A stretch of DNA of 36,483 bases from Chlamydiota bacterium. Lineage in GTDB: Bacteria; Auribacterota; Tritonobacteria; UBA1439. Below the pieces are notes generated by a model that was given only the letters and a program-made list of their open reading frames with translations, was not told the DNA's origin and did not search any database. The position numbers and the translations under genes were made by a program. The stretch covers positions 1-36,483 of the forward strand of contig JBAXOY010000019.1 in assembly GCA_037133055.1 (NCBI GenBank), written 5' to 3'. This document shows, piece by piece, positions 27,774 through 33,970 of the stretch (position 1 is its first letter; every line of letters begins with the position of its first letter).

Positions 27774-28654
27774 GCGTGCGATTCCCCGGACCGTTGTGCG
27801 CCCGCCGCGGCGAAGGCCTTCTCGAGCGCCCTCCGCGCCACGACTGTTGCGAGCTCCCTCTTGTAGTCCGCGGTCACCCGTATGTCCCTGACCGCCTTCG
27901 CCTCCCCCACCGCCGCTGCCGCCGCATCGCGCAGACGGGCAGGCGAAGGGCTTTCGCCCCGCAGAGTCTCCGCCGCCTTCTCCGACATGCGCGGCAGGAG
28001 CCGGAGCCCCCCGAGCGCGAGCCGGGCCGAAGCGCATTTCCCCGCGCGGTCGAGCGTCACGCAGGCCGCCGCGGAAACGAGGGCGAAGGTGTTCTCGGTC
28101 TCGCAGAACTTCTCGTACGCCGCCCCCGCGCGCGGGCCGGGAGCGGGGATGGTGATCTCCTCGATGAACTCGGAACAGCGGAGCCAGGTGAGCGGCTGAG
28201 TCTTGTAGAACTGCTCCGCGGCAAGACGCCGCGCCCCTTTGGCCCCGCGCACCATGAACCGTGCGTCCGCCGCGCAGTACACCACCGGGAGATCAGACCA
28301 TATGAAGAGCCTGACCGCGTTGCCTCCGACGGTGATCAGGTTCCTATTGGTGGTCGCCGCGACCCTCGCGGCCGCTCCCGCGAGCAGCCCGCCCATGAAC
28401 CTCGCCGCGCGCGGGGATGACGCGAGCCCGGCGATGGTGACGAGCGCCCCCAGATGGAGTCCCTTCCTGTCGAGCGTGATGCCGTCGAGACCGAGCGCCC
28501 GCATGCTCGCGAGCTCGGACACCTTCGGCGGAACTGAAAAAGAGAATGAAACCCCCCCGCCGACCGGCGCCACCCTCCCCCTCCCCTTCCCCAGAAGGGC
28601 TAAAAGTTCCCGGGTATTCCGAGGGTAATGGATCTTCGATATCTTTCCCTGCAC
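27770..28654 (-). CDS. Xanthine dehydrogenase-family FAD-binding subunit
   Basis: VGGG, LGALVT, RNLITVGGN, SDL, DIRVTADYK. GTG start at 28654 with a GGAGGAG RBS. Confidence 0.85.
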   Translation of the reverse strand: MQGKISKIHYPRNTRELLALLGKGRGRVAPVGGGVSFSFSVPPKVSELASMRALGLDGITLDRKGLHLGALVTIAGLASSPRAARFMGGLLAGAAARVAATTNRNLITVGGNAVRLFIWSDLPVVYCAADARFMVRGAKGARRLAAEQFYKTQPLTWLRCSEFIEEITIPAPGPRAGAAYEKFCETENTFALVSAAACVTLDRAGKCASARLALGGLRLLPRMSEKAAETLRGESPSPARLRDAAAAAVGEAKAVRDIRVTADYKRELATVVARRALEKAFAAAGAQRSGESHA

Positions 28655-28700
28655 GTGTGTTGTTCTCCTCCGTGAGCGGTGAAAAATTTTGAACGGGGAA

Positions 28701-28729
28701 AGGGTAGCACACCCGAGAGACGGGTTCAA
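28701..28729 (-). promoter_or_regulatory. Probable promoter of the xdh-family operon
   Basis: Minus strand TTGAAC-N17-TACCCT with a TGn extended -10; the palindrome ACCCG-AGAGA-CGGGT overlaps the spacer. Confidence 0.45.
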
Positions 28730-28734
28730 GGCGA

Positions 28735-28760
28735 TTGCCACAGGCGTGTTGCCACAGGCG
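28735..28760. repeat. 12-bp direct repeat TTGCCACAGGCG x2 (14-bp period)
   Basis: Copies at 28735-28746 and 28749-28760, just upstream of the putative -35. Confidence 0.8.
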
Positions 28761-28942
28761 GCTTATGGGATCACGTATGGTGGGTATTTTCACCCCCCTG
28801 CCTGCGCGCCGAGGCTTCGGCAGGCGTGCAGGGGCAGGAAGGCTTCCTCCTCAAAAGAGGGGAACAAGGTGGAAAGACTCCCGTGCCCGGGATCTCACAG
28901 GGGATACCATGGATCAGTGCTGCAGAAGAGGATACAGAACTG

Positions 28943-30928
28943 CTACCTCACCGAGAAGTAGGCCACGTCCCAGGCGAACGCGCTCTCCACGCCGGTCACC
29001 TTCGCGCCGGAGTCCGCGAGCCCGATGATGGCCTGGTAATCGCCCGGGACCCCCGGAGGGACCGTCATCTCGAGCAGCGTCCCGTAGTAGCCCGCGGGCA
29101 GAAACGATACTCCCTGCGCGATGGGGCTCACCCCGAGGGAGAGGGAGTTCCCGAACCTGATCGAGTAGACGACCCCTGGTCCGAGGATCACGGCATAGGC
29201 GTCAAACGGCCTATCCATGACGGGCAGTATCTCCACGCTCACGTCGAATGGACCGCCGGACGAGGCGCTGAGGGGGCTCGCCTGGACCCGTACGATCTTC
29301 GGGGGCGGAGGCGGGGCCGGTGTCGGGGAAGGTGTCGGGTTCGATGTGGGCGTGGGCGGAGGAGTGCCCTCGGAGGGCGTTGTGCTGATCACCCAGTCCG
29401 CGAGGCTGTCGGTGTCTTCGGTGGTGCGGCGCTGTGCGTAGCCGCTGTTGATGGGGCCTATTCCCGGTGCGTCGTTGACAGCGCTGAAGAGCCCGTTTCC
29501 CGCACCCGGATCGCCCCAATGAAAACCGGTGATCAGGTAGTTGAGGGGAGCAATGTTCGAGGGGGCTACAGTGCCGTCCCTGTTGGACCAGATCACCGCG
29601 TCGAGGATCTTCGTCGGGTCGGGAGTCAGCGAGTCCTGCCATGAAACGATGAACCGGTCTTCCGTCGTGATCCAGTGGTTGGCGGCGAGGTGGGTATACA
29701 GGTCCCACCATCCGTTCGCCCCCTTGCCGGTGGCGTCGCTCTCGTCCGTCCGAGGGTCAGTGTCCGAGGTCTTGTGGACGACCGCGACGTCGCCCGGCTG
29801 CATCGTCAGGGAACCGCTCTCGGCGAGCCGTCCCTTCTGGTCCTTGCTGACCCAGTAGAGAGAACTCAGGTTGACGGCCGGCGCGCCCGGGGGACAATAA
29901 AGCTCGACCCAGCGGTTGTCTTCGGGCGCAAAATATGCGCCGGCCACGGTTACCTCGGTGATGATGAGATGCGGGGTCAGCGGCGTGACATACTCGTCCA
30001 CGGCATACGGACCGTCGCTGAACGTAGTGCTGCCTGGCCCCTCGTTGGCGACCGTATAGGTTGCGCCGTCCGTGGTGATATGCACCTGGCCGTTCGCCAC
30101 CTGAACATTGCCGGCGGTTCCCCCGGACCCCGTCTCGGTCTGAAATATCTTCTGCACGTGCACGGACGGGTCGTTCAAGCGGTCGATGGCCCCCTGCGTG
30201 GGATGGCCGTATGAGTTGTGCCCCACCATGATCACCGCGAATTCGGGGAGCACATTCTGGAGAAAGGAGAGCGGGGAGCTGGAATTGCTCCCGTGGTGAT
30301 CCACCTTCAGCACGTCGATCTTCCATCCCCCCGCGGCAAGCTTTTCGCCCAGCGCATTCTCAGCGGTATCCTCAAGGTCCCCGCAGGAGAGGTAGTCGAA
30401 TCCCCTGCATTTCACCACAACGCCTACGGATGTCCCGTTCGGGTTCGAACCCGGGTTCACATAGCCCCCGTCTATGATATGGCCGTTGGACGTGACGCAG
30501 GTGACCGTCGTATTCCCGCCGCGGTAAAAAATATCCCCGGGACTGGTGTTGCTCCAGTCGTACCGCTGCGTCGATCCGTCTATCAGGCCGACGCTCTGGA
30601 GTTTCGGGTAGCCGCCGTCGTGGTCGCCGTCGGTGTGCGTGACCACCACCTTGTCGAGGTGTGTGATCGAGAGCCTCGAGAGAAGATCGATCACGGCGTT
30701 CACCCCCGAGCTCGTCCCGGTATCTATCAGCATGGTGCTGTCGTCCGGGAATATCACGAGCGCCGAATCTCCCTGGCCGACGTCTATCGCGTAGATGGAA
30801 AGGGTCGGGGAAAATGATTTCAGCCCCTGATCGCCTGAGACCTGCGAAAAGGCGGATCCGGCAACGCACAGAAGGAGCAGCGCAGCCACATGGCCCGCTC
30901 TTTGGAATATCGGCACGCCGATATTCAT
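28943..30928 (-). CDS. Secreted ComEC/Rec2-type metallo-beta-lactamase-fold hydrolase with lamin-tail-like domain, Pro/Thr linker and an unassigned C-terminal domain
   Basis: Signal-peptide-like ALLLLCVAGSAFS, IDVGQGDS, LIDTG, THTDGDHDGG, GD, LKVDHHGS, NSYGHP; then LIITEV...WVELY...TTPSEG, and PTPTSNPTPSPTP. GGAGGTGA RBS before ATG 30928. Confidence 0.82.
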   Translation of the reverse strand: MNIGVPIFQRAGHVAALLLLCVAGSAFSQVSGDQGLKSFSPTLSIYAIDVGQGDSALVIFPDDSTMLIDTGTSSGVNAVIDLLSRLSITHLDKVVVTHTDGDHDGGYPKLQSVGLIDGSTQRYDWSNTSPGDIFYRGGNTTVTCVTSNGHIIDGGYVNPGSNPNGTSVGVVVKCRGFDYLSCGDLEDTAENALGEKLAAGGWKIDVLKVDHHGSNSSSPLSFLQNVLPEFAVIMVGHNSYGHPTQGAIDRLNDPSVHVQKIFQTETGSGGTAGNVQVANGQVHITTDGATYTVANEGPGSTTFSDGPYAVDEYVTPLTPHLIITEVTVAGAYFAPEDNRWVELYCPPGAPAVNLSSLYWVSKDQKGRLAESGSLTMQPGDVAVVHKTSDTDPRTDESDATGKGANGWWDLYTHLAANHWITTEDRFIVSWQDSLTPDPTKILDAVIWSNRDGTVAPSNIAPLNYLITGFHWGDPGAGNGLFSAVNDAPGIGPINSGYAQRRTTEDTDSLADWVISTTPSEGTPPPTPTSNPTPSPTPAPPPPPKIVRVQASPLSASSGGPFDVSVEILPVMDRPFDAYAVILGPGVVYSIRFGNSLSLGVSPIAQGVSFLPAGYYGTLLEMTVPPGVPGDYQAIIGLADSGAKVTGVESAFAWDVAYFSVR

Positions 30929-30963
30929 AGGAAATTCACCTCCCAATAATAGTTCCTATTTAT

Positions 30964-30992
30964 AATATACCTTCTGTCCACGTTACTGTCAA
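30964..30992 (-). promoter_or_regulatory. Sigma70-type promoter of the MBL hydrolase gene
   Basis: Minus strand TTGACA-N17-TATATT, near consensus, in an AT-rich region. Confidence 0.7.
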
Positions 30993-31065
30993 GGTGCCCT
31001 AACTTTTTTTGCCCTAACCTTTTTTTGCTGTGTAAGTAGCCGTGTCGCAGTTCGGCGCGGGGAAA

Positions 31066-31083
31066 TTGTCATGGAATTGTCAC
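31066..31083 (+). promoter_or_regulatory. Pho-box-like / OmpR-family tandem site
   Basis: TTGTCAT-GGAA-TTGTCAC with 11-bp period; a degenerate third unit ATGTACA at 31088-31094. Confidence 0.4.
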
Positions 31084-31135
31084 GGGAATGTACAATCGTC
31101 CGGGGAGCCGGCGGGATGGGCTCCGTCGGGGACAC

Positions 31136-32425
31136 CTACCCGGGCATGCGCCCATGCTCAGCCGCCGGGGATAGAATTCCCGCCCCGGGAATACGCCGGA
31201 TCGCCCTGATCCTTTTGAGGATGGGGGGATGGCCATAGTCGAGAATCACCTTGAGGGGGTGCGGCGTGAGGTTCGAAAGGTTGTCGACGCTCAGCTTTTT
31301 CAGGGCTGCGATCATCGGTTCGCCGCCCCCCGCGCGGGCGGCAAAGGCATCCGCCTCATACTCGTTCCGGCGCGAGAGGGCGTTGAGGAAGACGGAGAGG
31401 AGCGCCTGGACCGGGGCATAGAGGAAGCCGAAGAGGACGATGCCCGCGTACGCGGAGACATTCGACATCCTGAACGCCGCGAAGAGGCCGCGGCTCTCCA
31501 TGAGGAGCGAGAGGAGATAAAACATGAGCCCCGTCGAAACAATGCCTGCGAGAAATGTGACGAGGAGGTGACGCTTCTTGCAGTGCCCTATTTCGTGCGC
31601 GAGGATCGCCACGAGTTCCGGCACCGTGTGCCTGGCGATGAGGGTGTCGAAGAGGACGATCCTCCTGAACCTCCCGAGGCCCGTAAAAAAGGCGTTCGAG
31701 CGGGTCGAGCGGCGGGACGCGTCCATCCGGTAGACGCCCCGCATCCTGAATCCGAGCGCTTTCGCCGAGCGATGGATGGCCGCTTTCAGATCCCCGTCCT
31801 CGAGAGGGATGAAGGTGTTGAAGAAAGGGAGGATCACCGCCGGGGCGATGAAGACGACGGAGAGCTGCAGGAGGACGACCACCGCCCAGCAGAGGACCCA
31901 CGCCCGCGTCCCCTCCCTCCCGAAGAGCCAGAGCACCGCGGCAAGGGCGCCGCCGCCGATCAGGCCGCCGAGAAGCCACTTCTTCAGGAGGTCCTTGGCG
32001 AAGGTCGCGGGGGTTGTCCGGTTGAACCCATAGCGCTGCTCGATGGAAAAGGTCCGCCACGCGGAAAAGGGCGCTTTCAAAACCTGGGAGACGAGGCAGA
32101 GCGTCCCCGCGAAAACGAGGCCCGTGACAATCGGCCCGGCGCCGAACCCCCTCGCGAAATGGTCGACGAGGTTGAAGCCGCCGAGGAGGATGCAGGAGAC
32201 GAGGAGGATCGTCCGCGCGGACTCATCGAACAGGGCGAGGCGGGTGACCTCGCGAAGGTATTCCTGAGACCTCCCGTATCGTGCAGGGTCGTAGCATCCC
32301 TCGAACTCCCCGGGCAGCTCGCCCCGCGCGCGACGGAGGTTCAGTGCCTCCACCGCCAGGTCGAGGATATACTCGCCCACGAGCACGGCGAGCACGATGA
32401 CGAGGTAAATGTTGAACGCGGGCAC
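31136..32425 (-). CDS. M48 family zinc metallopeptidase (Ste24/CAAX protease-like)
   Basis: FSIEQRYGFNRTT, DASRRSTRSNAFFTG, RIVLFDTL, AHEIGH (HExxH), SRRNEYEAD, NLSNLTPHP, HPP. Confidence 0.93.
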   Translation of the reverse strand: MPAFNIYLVIVLAVLVGEYILDLAVEALNLRRARGELPGEFEGCYDPARYGRSQEYLREVTRLALFDESARTILLVSCILLGGFNLVDHFARGFGAGPIVTGLVFAGTLCLVSQVLKAPFSAWRTFSIEQRYGFNRTTPATFAKDLLKKWLLGGLIGGGALAAVLWLFGREGTRAWVLCWAVVVLLQLSVVFIAPAVILPFFNTFIPLEDGDLKAAIHRSAKALGFRMRGVYRMDASRRSTRSNAFFTGLGRFRRIVLFDTLIARHTVPELVAILAHEIGHCKKRHLLVTFLAGIVSTGLMFYLLSLLMESRGLFAAFRMSNVSAYAGIVLFGFLYAPVQALLSVFLNALSRRNEYEADAFAARAGGGEPMIAALKKLSVDNLSNLTPHPLKVILDYGHPPILKRIRAIRRIPGAGILSPAAEHGRMPG

Positions 32426-32552
32426 GATGATCGTCTCCAGACGGGAATGCAGCCGGGCATGAAGGCCCGGATTTAGGAGCCTGTCCGAGTAGTGGATCTC
32501 GACGCCAATCCTCCGGGCCGCCGCCGGTAGAAGGGCCGGAGGACTGTCAGTA

Positions 32553-33902
32553 TCAGAAACGTCTCCAGAACGCCTTCGCGAGCTCTCGGGATTTCGCGGC
32601 GATCTTCTCCTCGTCCGCGACTAGGATTTCGCCGTCACGCATGAGCACCCTCCCGTTCACGATCGTCGTCCTGACCCGGGCGCCGCAGAGGCCGAAGAGG
32701 AAGTGGCCGAGGAACGTCCCCCCGTCGAGCGGCGTCGGGGGGTCGTAGTCGAGCAAAATGATATCGGCGTAGGCCCCCTTCGCGAGGACGCCCACGGGCC
32801 GTGAGAAGAACCTGCCGGCGATCTTCGCATTGTTCTCGAGAAGGAGCCTGCATGCTTCGACGAAGAAGACCCTCGGGTCACGCGCGGCGAGCTTGTGCAG
32901 GATGTTGGCGACCCGCACCTCGTCGCGCATGTTGGCCGTCATCCCGTCGGTGCCGAGCCCCACCAGGACACCCTTCGCGAGCATCTGGATGACCGGGGCG
33001 ACCCCCACCGCGTTGTTCATGTTCGACTGGGGATTGTGCACCACGGGGGTGCCGGTGTTCCGGAGGATGTCGATCTCCGCAGAGTTCACGTGCACGCAGT
33101 GGACGGCGATGGATTTGGGGCCCAGTCCCCCCGCGCGGTTCAGCCGGCGCACCACCCGCTGGCTGTATTTTTTTTCGTTCAGCGCCTGGTCGGCGGCGTC
33201 CTCCGCGACGTGGACATGGATGCCGGTTCCGAGCCCCTTCGCCGCCTCGATCGATTCGAGAAGCGTCTCCTCCTCGACCGTGAAGAGGGCGTGGAGGCCG
33301 AACATCCCGGCGACGAGGTCGTTTCCCCTCTCCTGCGCGGCCTGCGCCTTCCGGATAAATCGGACGTTCTCCTCGATCCCCTCCCTCCCCTTCCCGTAGC
33401 GGTCGGAGACGCCGAGGCAGAGGCAGCCGCGGACCCCGGTCTCGCCCAGCGCCTCCGCGAGCGCGTCCATGCACCCGGCCTGGCACCCCTGGCTCTCGTG
33501 GTGGTCGATGATCGTGGTGGTGCCGCTCCGGATGCAGTCGATGAGCGGGACAAGCGCGCTGTAGCTGATGTCCTCGCGCCCGAGCGCCTTGTCGAGCGGC
33601 CACCAGAGGCGCTCGAGTATCTGCACGAAGTTCGCCGGGGGCGGCTGCTTGGGGGAGAGGCCACGGGCGAAGGTCGAGTAGAGGTGCATGTGGGTGTTGA
33701 TCATCCCCGGCATGACCACCGTCCCCTTCGCGTCGATGCGCGCCGCGCCCCCCGCCTTGCGCCTGACCTTGTCCGCCGGGCCGACCTCCTCGATGACCCC
33801 CGCCTTCACCAGCACCGCCCCGCCGTGGATGACCTTGCTGTTCTCGCCGAGCGTGACCACGATGCCGTTCTCGATGAGCAGCGACTTGTCCTTCCGCGCC
33901 AT
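32553..33902 (-). CDS. ssnA: SsnA-family aminohydrolase
   Basis: MPGMINTHMHLYSTFARG, LWWPLDKAL, GTTTIIDHH, GLHALFT, HVHVAE, HNPQSNMNNAVG, GLGTDG. Confidence 0.85.
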   Translation of the reverse strand: MARKDKSLLIENGIVVTLGENSKVIHGGAVLVKAGVIEEVGPADKVRRKAGGAARIDAKGTVVMPGMINTHMHLYSTFARGLSPKQPPPANFVQILERLWWPLDKALGREDISYSALVPLIDCIRSGTTTIIDHHESQGCQAGCMDALAEALGETGVRGCLCLGVSDRYGKGREGIEENVRFIRKAQAAQERGNDLVAGMFGLHALFTVEEETLLESIEAAKGLGTGIHVHVAEDAADQALNEKKYSQRVVRRLNRAGGLGPKSIAVHCVHVNSAEIDILRNTGTPVVHNPQSNMNNAVGVAPVIQMLAKGVLVGLGTDGMTANMRDEVRVANILHKLAARDPRVFFVEACRLLLENNAKIAGRFFSRPVGVLAKGAYADIILLDYDPPTPLDGGTFLGHFLFGLCGARVRTTIVNGRVLMRDGEILVADEEKIAAKSRELAKAFWRRF

Positions 33903-33920
33903 GTGCTCCTCCTTCTTTTA

Positions 33921-33970
33921 CTCGATAGCTCGATAGCTCGATCGCTCGATAGCTCGATAGCTCGATAGCT
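33921..33970. repeat. Octamer tandem repeat (CTCGATAG)x6, one unit CTCGATCG, filling the gap between the DPD-like gene and ssnA
   Basis: Read directly; runs from the upstream stop codon to just before the ssnA RBS. Confidence 0.95.

Noticed and set aside
28679..29644. 321-aa plus-strand ORF starting in the xdh upstream region
   Set aside because: It has no recognisable motifs, and it overlaps the MBL gene antisense and the putative xdh promoter.
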